From Macrostomum lignano (Eukaryota), in contig NIVC01003819.1 of NCBI GenBank assembly GCA_002269645.1, positions 11,348 through 75,347 on the forward strand: DNA of 64,000 bases, in the 5' to 3' direction. Position numbers and translations under genes: made by a program. The notes below the pieces were generated by a model, which saw only the letters and a program-made list of their open reading frames with translations, made no database searches and had not been told where the DNA came from. Position 1 is the stretch's first letter, and every line of letters begins with the position of its first letter. Below are positions 33,401 through 46,319 of the stretch, piece after piece.

Positions 33401-36400
33401 CCAATCCTACCTTGGCGTCAGTACATTATAACGCGAACTGCTCTGCTCAACATCTAACAAGGGCTGATCTCGAGTTGTCAATCTGATGTTATACTTTTTC
33501 AAATAGTATTCTTCAAAGCTGTCGTAGGCGCTAGTTGGAAATGGCGAGGCTGGATTCAGATCCCAGCGAATCTGGCAGTGAGAGAGAGGGCAAATTTGTT
33601 AGGGCATCAATCAGCAAATAGGTGTATTACTATTATGGTGTCCACCTTAGGTTTAGAGATTCTGGGGCGGATTCTTAGGGCGGATTCTTTGGGTGTATCT
33701 TTGGAGGGGGCGGATTTTCAGGGCGGATCTTTCAGAGGGGGCGGATTCTTAGGGCGGATCTTTCAGAGGGGGCGGATTCTCAGGGCGGATCTTTCGGAGG
33801 GGGCGGATTCTCAGGGCGGATCTTTCGGAGGGGGGCGGATTCTCAGGGCGGATCTTTCGGAGGGGGGCGGATTCTCAGGGCGGATCTTTGGGAGGGGGCG
33901 GATTCTCAGGGCGGATCTTTCAGAGGGGGCGGATTCTCAGGGCGGATCTTTCGGAGGGGGCGGATTCTCAGGGCGGATCTTTCGGAGGGGGGCGGATTCT
34001 CAGGGCGGATCTTTTGGAGGGGGGCGGATTCTCAGGGCGGATCTTTCGGAGGGGGCGGATTCTTAGGGTGAATCTTTGGAGGGGGCGAATTCTCAGGGCG
34101 GATCTTTCGGAGGGGGGCGGATTCTCAGGGCGGATCTTTGGGAGGGGGCGGATTCTTAGGGCGGATCTTTCGGAGGGGGGCGGATTCTCAGGGCGGATCT
34201 TATGGAGGGGGCGGATTTTCAGGGCGGATCTTTGGGAGGGGGCGGATTCTCAGGGCGGATCTTTGGGAGGGGGCGGATTCTTAGGGCGGATCTTTCGGAG
34301 GGGGGCGGATTCTCAGGGCGGATCTTATGGAGGGGGCGGATTTTCAGGGCGGATTTTTGGGAGGGGGCGGATTCTCAGGGCGGATCTTTGGGAGGGGGCG
34401 GATTCTTAGGGCGGATCTTTGGGAGGGGCGGATTCTCAGGGTGGATCTTTGGGAGGGGGCGGATTCTCAGGGTGGATCTTTGGGGGGGGGGCGGATCTTT
34501 GCGAGGGGGCGGATTTTTAGGGCGGATCTTTGGAAAGTGGCGGATTCTTAGGGTGGATCTTTGGGAGGGGGCGGATTCTCAGGGCGGATCTTTGGGAGGG
34601 GGCGGATTCTTAGGGCGGATCTTTCGGAGGGGGGCGGATTCTCAGGGCGGATCTTATGGAGGGGGCGGATTTTCAGGGCGGATCTTTGGGAGGGGGCGGA
34701 TTCTTAGGGCGGATCTTTGGGAGGGGCGGATTCTCAGGGTGGATCTTTGGGAGGGGGCGGATTCTCAGGGTGGATCTTTGGGGGGGCGGATCTTTGCGAG
34801 GGGGCGGATTTTTAGGGCGGATCTTTGGGAAGTGGCGGATTCTTAGGGTGGATCTTTGGGAGGGGGAGGATTCTTAGGGCGGATCTTTGGGAGGGGGCGG
34901 ATCTTTCCGAGGGGGCGGATTTTTAGGGCGGATCTTTGGGAAGGGGCGGATTCTTAGGGCGGATCTTTGTGGGAGGGGGGTGGATTCTTAGGGCGGATTA
35001 TTGGGGCGAGGTGGATCTATTGGGGGTGGATTATTAGTATCAGCAAACAAACGGTATCAGCAAAAGCACAGAGCAAAAATTCAGGCCCTCATACCTGACT
35101 AACAAAGTAGAACTGCGGCTGGTCAAAGTTCCTATAGGATGGCACAATGACGCAATCGTTAAAATCTTCAACTCGAAACTTGAACGGCTTCTCCGGTACA
35201 ACTTCGCACGGTGGCGCGTCGCCCGACTGCGACTCGGCCGAGGCCACCACCCGGCCAGCCAGATCCCAGTCCAGCTGCCAGCTACCTTCATCATCAGCAT
35301 TAACAGTATCATCATCATTTTGATCATCTCCAGCTTCCTTAACCGGCCGGGTTAGCAGGCACACCAAAGGTTTAAACGGAGCCTCATCAAAGTCAGGCGT
35401 CATGCTGGCTTTTTTCTCCAGTCTGAGCACTCGATGAAACAGAACTCGATGGAATCGTTTGAGCAGGCTGAGCTGCTCTGCTGACAGTGTCAGGGAGTCA
35501 GCAATCAGAGGAAAGTCTACGTCGGTCTGTAGAAAATGAGAGAAGACAGAAATTCGCTAAGAACCACTTCATTTCTTTCATTAAGCACCGCTCCTGATTC
35601 TTCACTAAGCATCACTTCATTTCTTTCATTAAGCACCGCTCCTGATTCTTCACTAAGCATCACTTCATTTCTTTCATTAAGCACCGCTCCTGATTCTTCA
35701 CTAAGCATCACTTCATTTCTTTCATTAAGCACCGCTCCTGATTCTTCACTAAGCACCATCTCATTTCTTTCATTAAGCACCGCTCCTGATTCTTCACTAA
35801 GCATCACTTCATTTCTTTCATTAAGCACCGCTCCTGATTCTTCACTAAGCATCACTTCATTTCTTTCATTAAGCACCGCTCCTGATTCTTCACTAAGCAT
35901 CACTTCATTTCTTTCATTAAGCACCGCTCCTGATTCTTCACTAAGCACCCCCTTATTTCTTGCATTAAGCACCTCTCTCGATTATTTACTAAGCACCACC
36001 TCATTTCTTTCATTAAGCACCTCTCTCGATTATTCACTAAGCACCACCTCATTTCTTTCATTAAGCACCTCTCTCGATTATTCACTAAGCACCACCTCAT
36101 TTCTTTCATTAAGCACCTCTCTCGATTATTCACTAAGCACCACCTCATTTCTTTCATTAAGCACCATTCCCATCAGTAAGCGTCAATCTCTAACCTCCCC
36201 CTGCCGCGGATACAAGCAGAACAGCGGCAGGCAATCAGGCAGAGGATCTCGCAGAATCAGGCCAAACGATGATCGACACCTAGAAGTCGTCATCAGCTGC
36301 TCCCGGTCAGTCGCAGCCGCCACGGCAGCCGAAGGCATCGCCCAGACGTGCTCGGGTCGCAGTCGAATGCGGTACAGTCTGCACGGCAGGTCCGGCTCAG

Positions 36401-39400
36401 GCAGGTTAGCGGTCAGCTCAGCAGCCAGCTGTTTCTGATACACCTGACGCCGTTTCGAACCACCAATACCCGTGTTGCTATTGCCAATAACCCCATCGCC
36501 ATTACTAAGTATTGACATTGGCGATTGAATGATAGACTTGTGCGCAAGATTGACCAGCTCCTCTTTGCTGTACGGCTTCAGATTTGAGTCCAGCTGACCA
36601 GCTGAGTGCAACTCTCTGACGCAGGCCAGCGCGGCGCTGCATTTGGCTGACTGGACTGTCGGGCGCCAGGCGCCGATGACTGAACGGCGACAGGGCGAAT
36701 TCATGGGTAGGCAGAGCCGGCACCTGACAAGCAATTGGATTGGTTAGAGTGGCAATGCAGTTTAGCATCCGGGAAGCCTTATGGTGGTTCTAATAACATT
36801 TTTAATGCATGCTGGTTGGCTAATGAAAACTAGGGACTAGAGGTATTAACAATATTTAACAATCTACATGCACACGGAAAAATAACGCACATCATTTTCA
36901 GGTAGCAGCTTACGGAGATCCAGAAAAAGTACAGGTGACATAAAGATAAAACACAGGGGACATCCAGGTAAAACACAGGTGACATCCAAGTAAAACACAG
37001 GGACATCCAGGTAAAACACAGGGAACATCCAGGTAAAACACAGGGACATCCAGGTAAAACACAGGTGACAGCCAGGTAAAAACACAGGTGACAGCCAGGT
37101 AAAAACACAGGGGACATCCAGGTAAAAACGCAGGTGACACCCAGGTAAAAACACAGGTGACACTCAGGTAAAAACACAGGTGACACCCAGGTAAAAACAC
37201 AGGTGACACCCAGGTAAAAACACAGGTGACACCCAGGTAAAAACACAGGTGACACCCAGGTAAAAACACAGGTGACAGCCAGGTAAAAACACAGGTGACA
37301 CTCAGGTAAAAACACAGGTGACAGCCAGGTAAAAAACACAGGTGACAGCCAGGTAAAAACACAGGTGACAGCCAGGTAAAAACACAGGGGACATCCAGGT
37401 AAAAACGCAGGTGACACCCAGGTAAAAACACAGGTGACACTCAGGTAAAAACACAGGTGACACCCAGGTAAAAACACAGGTGACAGCCAGGTAAAAACAC
37501 AGGGGACATCCAGGTAAAAACACAGGTGACACCCAGGTAAAAACACAGGTGACACCCAGGTAAAAACACAGGTGACAGCCAGGTAAAAACACAGGTGACA
37601 CCCAGGTAAAAACACAGGTGACACCCAGGTAAAAACACAGGTGACAGCCAGGTAAAAACACAGGTGACAGCCAGGTAAAAAACACAGGTGACACCCAGGT
37701 AAAAACACAGGTGACACCCAGGTAAAAACACAGGTGACACCCAGGCAAAAACACAGGTGACACCCAGGTAAAAACACAGGTGACACCCAGGCAAAAACAC
37801 AGGTGACACCCAGGTAAAAACACAGGTGACACCCAGGTAAAAACACAGGTGACACCCAGGTAAAAACACAGGTGACACCCAGGTAAAAACACAGGTGACA
37901 CCCAGGTAAAAACACAGGTGACACCCAGGCAAAAACACAGGTGACACCCAGGTAAAAACACAGGTGACACCCAGGTAAAAACACAGGTGACACCCAGGCA
38001 AAAACACAGGTGACACCCAGGTAAAAACACAGGTGACACCCAGGTAAAAACACAGGTGACAGCCAGGTAAAAAACACAGGTGACACCCAGGTAAAAAGAC
38101 AGGTGACACCCAGGTAAAAACACAGGTGACACCCAGGCAAAAACACAGGTGACACCCAGGTAAAAACACAGGTGACACCCAGGCAAAAACACAGGTGACA
38201 CCCAGGCAAAAACACAGGTGACACCCAGGTAAAAACACAGGTGACACCCAGGTAAAAACACAGGTGACACCCAGGCAAAAACACGGCAAACATAGGTGAA
38301 AACAGATAATTTTTTCCAGGGAGAACCCAGAACATTTGGGTAAATCCACAAGCATCCAGTTAAAAACGCAGAAAAACCAGGTGATACGCTTGTAATTGAA
38401 AAATCCACGGTAAAATCATAAGAAAATCAAGGCAATACCATGGAAGGAATCCAGATGTATGAGGAAGAAATCCAGAAAAAATGTCTTTTCGTTTACAAAA
38501 TTAGGATTCTATGTTTTTTCTACGTACATTTCCTGTACCTAAAAATGAGCTGGACTCATTGGTTTTATGAATCTATTTTATCATCTCTGTTACAGATATT
38601 GTTACACACTCAGCTGAGAATAAGCAATTGTACGTAGAATAAACAGTTAACATAGAATCCTAATTTTCTGAACGAATAAGCTTTATGAATATGAATAGAG
38701 CTATAAGAAAGATGAACATTGGGTCCGCCTCCTTTGCGAAAAATTAAAACTTTTTATCTCCGTAGAGCATTTTTTCGGAAAAACCTGCGTACTATAATTC
38801 TTCAAGAAGCGAGGTTTTCAGTCCTTCTGAGTAGTCCTTGGGTTGCAGCCCAGTGGTTCGAGCGTCGAACTCACGACTGAAAGGTCGAGGGTTCGATTCC
38901 CGATCCCACTCGGAACAATTTGTGTCCTTGAGCAAGACACTTAACTCTGCATTGCTTCAGTTCACCCGGCTGTAAAATGGGTGCCAGCATTAGATGGGTT
39001 AATAATTGAGGCTGTGTGTGGCGACCCCCTGGTCCTTGGACTGAACAGCCGTACGCAGCCTTCAGATGCGCCGCGCAATAGCTGCGGCTGAGCTGTCGGT
39101 TGCACATCTGGCCCAATTGGGGCAGGTGTAATCAAGTATTATTATTATATCAGGCATTTACCCTGTCAGTGCCTTGGGGGGTTGACTGTCACAGGCTGTG
39201 CATCGCACTACGACCCCCTCAGCCAATAGTTCGTGCACCAGCCCCTCACAGTGCAGCTACACAAACCTATAAGCATCGCCATCAGCAGACTTCTGAATCT
39301 GCCACAGCGGCACAAGGCTGGCAAAAACATCTGACGGCAGCCGGGCGCAATAGCGATTCACCACGGGTATCGCCGCATCCGCAGTCACCGAAGGACCCGA

Positions 39401-42400
39401 CAGACCGAACGGCGCGAATATCTCCGACTCGGAGGACTCGTCATCGGCGTCAGCGATTGGCGAATCATCTCCGCGAGCCAATCGTCGCCGAGATTCGTCG
39501 GAGGCTGCACCGCTGCGCAGCAGCAGCTCCTCCGTAGCTTTGAACGCCGCGTGACTTTCTTGGAAACCTGCGTCACAAGGCGTCACTATGGTGGCGTAGG
39601 TTGAATTGAAAGACCGGGCGCGATTCTTAGAATGAAAATAGGAATTAAAAGTGCGCGGCGGATTGAACCGGACTACCAGATTGCATTTGGGCAGGTCGCC
39701 GAGGTTCTCCATTGCTTCCGTCACCACTAGCAGGTTGGCCTCGCCCTGAAATGCCGGTTGTGATGAATTAGTAACTGCTGATTCTTACCGGGTGCTGACC
39801 TATATGACTCATTCTTGTATCCATCCTACCGGGGCTAATTACCGGGTGCTGACCTATATGACGCATTCTTGTATCCATCCTACCGGGGCTAATTACTGGG
39901 TGCTGACCTATATGACTCATTCTTGTATCCATCCTACCGGGGCTAATTACTGGGTGCTGACCTATATGACTCATTCTTGTATCCATCCTACCGGGGCTAA
40001 TTACCGGGTGCTGACCTATATGACTCATTCTTGTATCCATCCTACCGGGGCTAATTACCGGGTGCTGACCTATATGACTCATTCTTGTATCCATCCTACC
40101 TGGGCTAATTACAGGGTCCTAGCCTATATGACTCATTTTCCATATGCATTTACGTTTTTATTTAACAACTGTTTTCAATATAATATTAATTATTATTATT
40201 AATTACAGCTGCCCTAATGGGCAGATGTGCAACCGACAGCTCAGCCGCAGCTAATGCGCGGCGCATCTGAAGGCTGCGTACGGCAGTTCAGTCCAGGGAC
40301 TGGGAGGTCGCCACACGCACTCTCAGTTACCCCAGCTAATGCTGGCACCCATTTTTCAGATAAGTGAACTGAAGCAATGCAGAGTTAAGTGTCTTGCTCA
40401 AGGACACAAATTGTTCCCGTGGGATCGGGAATCGAACCCCCCACCTTTCAGTCGTAAGCCGGACGCTCTATCCACTAGGCTACAACCCTCCACTAGGCTA
40501 CAACCCTCCACTAGGCTACAACCCTCCACTAGGCTACAACCCCTCCACTAGGCTACAACCCTCCACTAGGCTACAACCCCTCCACTAGGCTACAACCCCC
40601 CACTAGGCTACAACCACTCCACTAGGCTACAACCCCTTCACTAGGCTACAACCCCTTCACTAGGCTACAACCCCTCCACTAGGCTACAACCCCTTCACTA
40701 GGCCAGCTATTCGGTGCTATACATTTTCAATATGCAGATTACAGAAACGTTTACCTGCCGAAACTTTCTCAAATAGTCCGTGACCCTCTGCTGCTTAGGC
40801 TTAGTAACCAGCGAGAACATATAGGCCGGCTTGACAAAGAAAAACTCCGGATCCCAGATGCACACTTCTTCAAGCAATTTGCACAATCCGTAGGCGGTGA
40901 AACAGTCTCGAACAAAGACCAGAGCGCTAAGCCGTTCGGTTGGCTCTTCATCAGAGACTTTCGGCACCACTTTGTAGGGCAAGCAGTTGGAATTATTCAG
41001 CTCCGTGATTTCAACTCCGCCACCTCGTCTATCATCCTCATCCGAGTCAGTGGATTCTGCGTCGCTCAATCCAACCAATTCGCTATCACCAGCAGCAGCA
41101 CTGCTTGGCTTATTACTATTAGTAGTGACTCCGCAACCGAAGCTCTCATTAATAAATTCAATGCTAAACTCTGTCCGAGGCCGGAAGCGGGCCAGCAGCT
41201 CCAGCAGCCGATGCACATTCGGCGGCACGCAACGACGAAAATCGTCAACATCGGCGAATTGCTCTTGAACAGCGTGGAACCGCTTCTGCAGCACCGCCAG
41301 GCGAGTCACAGTTGACCGGACCAGGCATCGGGCCAGCTGGTCAGCTTCTAGCAGCAGCTCCTGCTCCAGGCTTACCTGTATGGTTGCCAGTTTGTTCATA
41401 ACTATTTAAATATTAAAAATTAATTGGCGCTATTTTAATCTGGGACTTGCACTGACCCCTCTCCTCTGCACCCTTCAACCTCTCCTCTGCACCCTTCAAC
41501 CTCTCCTCTGCACTCTTTACCCTCTCCTTTGCACTCTTTACCCTCTCCTTTGCACTCTTTACCCTCTCCTTTGCACTCTTTACCCTCTCCTCTGCACTCT
41601 TTAACCTCTCCTCTGCACTCTTTACCCTCCCCTCTGCACCCTTTAACCTCTCCTCTGCACTCTTTACCCTCTCCTCTGCACTCTTTACCCTCTCCTCTGC
41701 ACTCTTTACCCTCTCCTCTGCACTCTTTAACCTCTCCTCTGCACTCTTTAACCCTCTCCTTTGCACTCTTTACCCTCCCCTCTGCACCCTTTAACCTCTT
41801 CTCTGCGTTCTTTACCCTCTCCTCTGCACTCTTTAACCTCTCCTCTGCACTCTTTAACCCTCTCCTCTGCACTCTTTACCCTCCCCTCTGCACCCTTTAA
41901 CCTCTTCTCTGCGCTCTTTACCCTCTCCTCTGCACTCTTTACCCTCTCCTCTGCACTCTTTACCCTCTCCTCTGCACTCTAACCTCTTCTCTGCACTCTT
42001 TAGCTTCTCCTCTGCCCACTGACCCCTTTCCTCTGCACTCTTCTTATTCTTCCTCCCTGTGGCTTATCTGACCACTTATTCGCGAGCCCACAAGTTTACT
42101 CCAAACAAAAGTGAATCTGAACTAACCAGGTGCTTCAAGCAGACCCTAGCAATGACATTGCATCCCCAGGGTCCCAGATTGTCCAAGCCGTTCAGGCACT
42201 GCCTCAAAGCTTTAACACAAAACTGCTTAGCCTCCGGACAGCGCGGCGGTGACACGGTGAATTCCTGATCGAGATCCATCAGCCAGTCCAGGTGGGACTG
42301 CAGCAGCTGACGCATGCAGGTGTACAGGCCGAATGCGTCATCCGGTGACGGACAGTCAAGGACTTCTTCGTCGGGTTGACCGCCGTAAATCAGTGCGCTG

Positions 42401-43658
42401 AGCACGTCAGATGCGAAGGTGACTGGGCAGCGGAATGTGGCTTTCAGGCCGGTGATCAAGTCGGACAGACACGGGCCCTGTGGTATTCGCATTTCAGCTG
42501 GTGTTGAGTGCCTGCTCACGGCTGGGGTCTGGGAGGCTGGCCCAGCAACTGAGGGTCTGGGAGGCTGGCCCAGCAACTGAGGATCTGGGAGGCTGGCCCA
42601 GCATCTGATAATCTGGGAGGCTGGCCCAGCAACTGAGGGTCTCTGGAAGGCTGGCCCAGCAACTGAGGATCTGGGAGGCTGGCCCAGCAACTGAGGGTCT
42701 GGGAGGCTGGCCCAGCAACTGAAGATCTGGGAGGCTGGCCCAGCAACTCAGGATCTGGGAAAGCTGGCCCAGCAACTCACGTTCTGGGAGGCTGGCCCAG
42801 CAACTGAGGATCTGGGAGGCTTTAAAAACAAAACCAAAGCAAAGGTTCGAGTCGCAAACTCCGCTAACCTCTAAGCACGCAGTCACACAGGGTATACAGC
42901 ATACATGACCAACCTCAAAATTTCACCTGTCCGGTTCGGACAGGTCGGACAGGTGTTGGGCATGTATGAGTATACAGCGGCCTTGACTCTCACTGTGCAC
43001 ACACAGCGCACAAACTCCAAAATCAGAAACTTACACCAGCCGCCTTACCTGAGCTCCAGTCAGTCCCTGCAGCAGTCCGGCAGAGCTGCCCACAAACTGT
43101 CTCGGCTTCGCCCAGTCCAACAACTCCCGTATTATCCGGCAATCTTCTGTGCCGGAATCGGCGTAGAGCTCCGCATTCTCCAGCACAACTAGTCTGTTAC
43201 CAACGATTGAATCGGCAGTCGCAGCTTCCTTCATCAGGTTGCTATGCAATAAAGCAGGCGTGCTAACCAGAATATAAGCCGAATCGTTAAGAGAATTAGT
43301 TGCTAACCAGGGTAGGTGGCGATTTAGCGTGGCGGCAATTGTCTGACACTGACTTTCTGTGTGTAGGAGAGTGTGTAGATTTTGTATTAAATATGATTTG
43401 ATATAAATATTTTTAAAATTCTTAAAAGTACAATTAAAGGCTGCTCTCACCAGACTGATGCAGATACACAACAGGAGTTGCTATGCCAGCACTGCTGCCT
43501 ACATCGTCTGTGGCCAACTCTGACAGGGCGTCACGGATCACGCTGTACAGCACGAAGTCTATGCATGACTGACTCTCCGTGCAGATTATGCCGCTGGCGC
43601 TATCGCGTACGCTGTCTAGCAGCTCGAACTGGGATTGGTTGGGATGGCTTGAATGCAT
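24457..43658 (-). CDS. DICER1: Dicer endoribonuclease, 16 exons, about 1764 aa
   Basis: Exons 43658-43451, 43356-43049, 42477-42127, 41375-40755, 39745-39267, 36723-36195, 35526-35095, 33571-33411, 33007-32362, 31889-31493, 31025-30820, 30241-29922, 29368-29152, 28611-28458, 27229-27154, 24646-24457; all GT-AG, phases sum to 5295 nt. Domains: helicase-like; DUF283 ([10 protein letters not shown]); PAZ ([22 protein letters not shown]); RNase IIIa (ERLET|VGDS, LADSVEA); RNase IIIb ([20 protein letters not shown]); dsRBD ([14 protein letters not shown]). Start codon and paralogue identity are less certain. Confidence 0.93.
24659..26956. repeat. 14-bp minisatellite (CAGTGTGTCTTGAT)
   Basis: About 160 units filling the last Dicer intron. 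Confidence 0.95.
27260..28420. repeat. ~21-bp minisatellite (GGCGATTCTCAAGGCAGTCTAAT)
   Basis: Dicer intron. Confidence 0.92.
29448..29905. repeat. ~32-35-bp minisatellite carrying ACCGGAAGTG
   Basis: About 14 units in Dicer intron 29369-29921. Confidence 0.9.
31250..31510. repeat. ~66-bp tandem repeat (4 units) spanning a Dicer exon/intron boundary
   Basis: Units at 31272, 31339, 31405 and 31471; each contains GGTG|GTGAGT on the - strand. Confidence 0.85.
33655..35030. repeat. G-rich ~31-bp minisatellite (GGGCGGATTCTCAGGGCGGATCTTTGGGAGG)
   Basis: Dicer intron. Confidence 0.92.
35545..36165. repeat. 48-bp minisatellite
   Basis: About 13 units; a variant subtype occupies the right third. 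Confidence 0.92.
36940..38290. repeat. 23-bp minisatellite (ACACAGGTGACACCCAGGTAAAA)
   Basis: About 55-60 units in a Dicer intron. Confidence 0.93.
38840..39135 (+). mobile_element. tRNA-derived CORE-SINE, copy 1
   Basis: A box (CAGCCCAGTGG) and B box (GGTTCGATTCC, 38890-38900). The central TGTGTCCTTGAGCAAGACACTTAACTCT..CAGTT..CTGTAAAATGGG resembles the MIR CORE domain. Confidence 0.75.
39785..40120. repeat. 54-bp minisatellite
   Basis: About 6 units (GGGTGCTGACCTATATGACTCATTCTTG...). Confidence 0.9.
40200..40488 (-). mobile_element. tRNA-derived CORE-SINE, copy 2 (inverted relative to copy 1)
   Basis: Reverse complement of 38840-39135, with scattered substitutions and small indels. Confidence 0.75.
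40470..40703. repeat. 18-19-bp minisatellite amplified from the SINE head (TCCACTAGGCTACAACCC)
   Basis: The first unit is the 5' end of CORE-SINE copy 2. Confidence 0.85.
41450..42050. repeat. 21-bp pyrimidine-rich minisatellite
   Basis: CTCTCCTCTGCACTCTTTACC units. Confidence 0.9.
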
Positions 43659-43689
43659 TGCTTAATATGGCTTGTTAGTTCACTTTAAT

Positions 43690-44810
43690 CCGCCCCTTCC
43701 ATCTGCCTACATCGATCCGCCCCTTCCATCCTCTACCGCTTAGCCCCCTCCATCCTCTACCGCTCCGCCCCTTCCATCCTCTACCGATCCGCCCCTTCTA
43801 TCCCTCACCAATCCGCCCCTTCTATCCTTTACCGCCCGATCCGCCCCTTCTATCTTTTACCGATCCGCCCCTTCAATCCTCTACCGATCCGCCCCTTTCA
43901 TTCTCTACCGATCCGCCCCTTCCATCCTCTACCGATCCGCCCCTTCTATCCTTTACCAATCCGCCCCTTCTATCCTTTACCAATCCGCCCCTTCTATCCT
44001 TTACCAATCCGCCCCTTCTATCCTTTACCGATCCGCCCCTTCTATCCTTTACCGACCGATCCGCCCCTTCTATCTTTTACCGATCCGCCCCTTCAATCCT
44101 CTACCAATCCGCCCCTTTCATTCTCTACCGATCCGCCCCTTCCATCCTCTACCGATTCGCCCCTTCAATCCTCTACTGATCCGCCCCTTCTATCCTCTAC
44201 CGATCCGCCCCTTCTATCCTTTACCAATCCGCCCCTTCTATCCTTTACCAATCCGCCCCTTCTATCATTTACCAATCCGCCCCTTCTATCCTTTACCAAT
44301 CCGCCCCTTCTATCCTTTACCAACCCGCCCCTTCTATCCTTTACCAATCCGCCCCTTCTATCCTTTACCGATCCGCCCCTTCTATTCTTTACCGACCGAT
44401 CCGCCCCTTCTATTTTTTACCAATCCGCCCCTTCTATCCTTTACCGATCCGCCCCTTCTATTCTTTACCGACCGATCCGCCCCTTCTATCTTTTACCGAT
44501 CCGCCCCTTCAATCCTCTACCAATCCGCCCCTTCCATCCTCTACCGATTCGCCCCTTCAATCCTCTACTGATCCGCCCCTTCTATCCTTTACCAATCTGC
44601 CCCTTCTATCCTTTACCAATCCGCCGACTGCCCCTTCAATCCTCTACCGATCTGCCCCTTCCATCCTCTACCGATCCGCCCCTTCCATCCTCTACCGATC
44701 TGCCCCATCCATCCTCTACCGATCTGCCCCTTCCATCCTCTACCGATCCGCCACTTCAATCCTCTACTGATCCACCCCTTCAATCCTCTACCAATCCTAA
44801 TCCACCCTTT
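43690..44810. repeat. C-rich ~23-bp minisatellite (ATCCGCCCCTTCTATCCTTTACC)
   Basis: Immediately upstream of the predicted Dicer ATG. Confidence 0.9.
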
Positions 44811-46319
44811 CTATTCTAGACTGCTGATCTGCCCCTTTACTACTTGACCTTTCCCCTTTATCTGTATGCCCATCTGATATTTTATTGTCTACCTTATATC
44901 TGCCTTTTAAAACCCTGATCCAAGGTATAGCCATATCTTATTACTAAAGAATTTCAGAAAAATCATTATGCTTATGGCTAAACAAACTCACATAGTAAGG
45001 TATAGGAGTAAACTGATTGTCTGGCACATTCTCCAATATCTTGGCCACAATCTTTTTCTCAATGTTCGATGCTGGTTTTCTCATTATTTATTGATAGCTG
45101 AAATTTGACAAAAATATTATAGTCTTTAAAGATTCAGTTTTAAAATAAAATGATTACTTTATATATTTTAGACCAAAATGTTAGGGGGTCCTTAACTCTA
45201 TAATAAAAATACTAATTTATATTTTATGAAAAAATAATACTATTAAGAACAAATTAACAATAATAGATTATAGGTTAAGCTTGGATCAAATAGTTGAGTT
45301 CTTGGCTAATGAACTTAAAAAGTCAAAATAGCGAACAAAAATATATATCATGATTATTTATGACTATCTATATATAAAATAGGCTATATTATAAATAAAA
45401 CTATAAAAAATGAAAGAAAAAAATCTTGATCTCTTATCTTTTCCCTATTTGATTTTAAGTAGTTTTTGTACTAAGTAGTTTACATCCAAATTAGAGATTT
45501 AGTATATGAAGAATATATAACTTTGTAAAAAAATTGCATATATTTAGATTATAAGGCCTAGTAACTTAGGCCTAGTAAGACATATAAGTTGCAATCAATT
45601 ATATTTTATAAATAAGCTTAAGCTATCATTATAGACCTTAGTATTATTTTCAATCAAAACTGTTACATGGCTAGTCAGTGTCACTGTCAGTGTTTCAATT
45701 TTAAAAGACAGTATCAAACTGTATTAAACTGACATGGTTATATAGGCATGTTTCAGTTCTATACCATAGATAGATAATTGCTAGCAATCTTTGCCCCCCC
45801 CCGTTAGAGGACATCTGGATAGAATCTCTGTTCTCTACAAGTAACAAAAAGACAGCCAAATAAAGCCTTCACAAAGACAACAGACAAATTTCTCAAATGA
45901 AGTGCAATGCAAAAAGAAATCATCCCAAGACAGCAAGCATCCCCTAGATAGCAAGCATCCCCCAGATTGCAAGCATCCCCCAGATAGCAAGCATCCCCCA
46001 AATAGCAAGCATCCCCCAAATAGCAAGCATCCCCCAGATAGCAAGCATCCCCCAGATAGCAAGCATCCCCCAAATAGCAAGCATCCCCCAGATAGCAAGC
46101 ATCCCCCAAATAGCAAGCACCCCCAGATAGCAAGCATCATCTCTCTTAGATAGCAAGCATCCCCTCTCTTAGATAGCAAGCATCCCCCAGATAGCAAGCA
46201 TCCCTAAATAGTAAGCATCCACCAAACAATAAGTAGCTAGTGCAACAATTTCCTTAGCTCTTTAGTGGCTCCTTTAAAATTGGTATGACGCTTACTTTTA
46301 CGTTTGAAATTGTGTATCT

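Noticed and set aside
33578-34877. Gly-rich ORFs
   Set aside because: G-rich minisatellite inside a Dicer intron.
36830-38408. Long ORFs (501, 368, 304 aa) on the - strand
   Set aside because: Translations of a 23-bp minisatellite lying inside a Dicer intron; no coding signal.
38840-38910. tRNA gene
   Set aside because: A and B boxes are present, but the sequence continues into a CORE-SINE body that occurs twice; it is a SINE head, not a tRNA gene.
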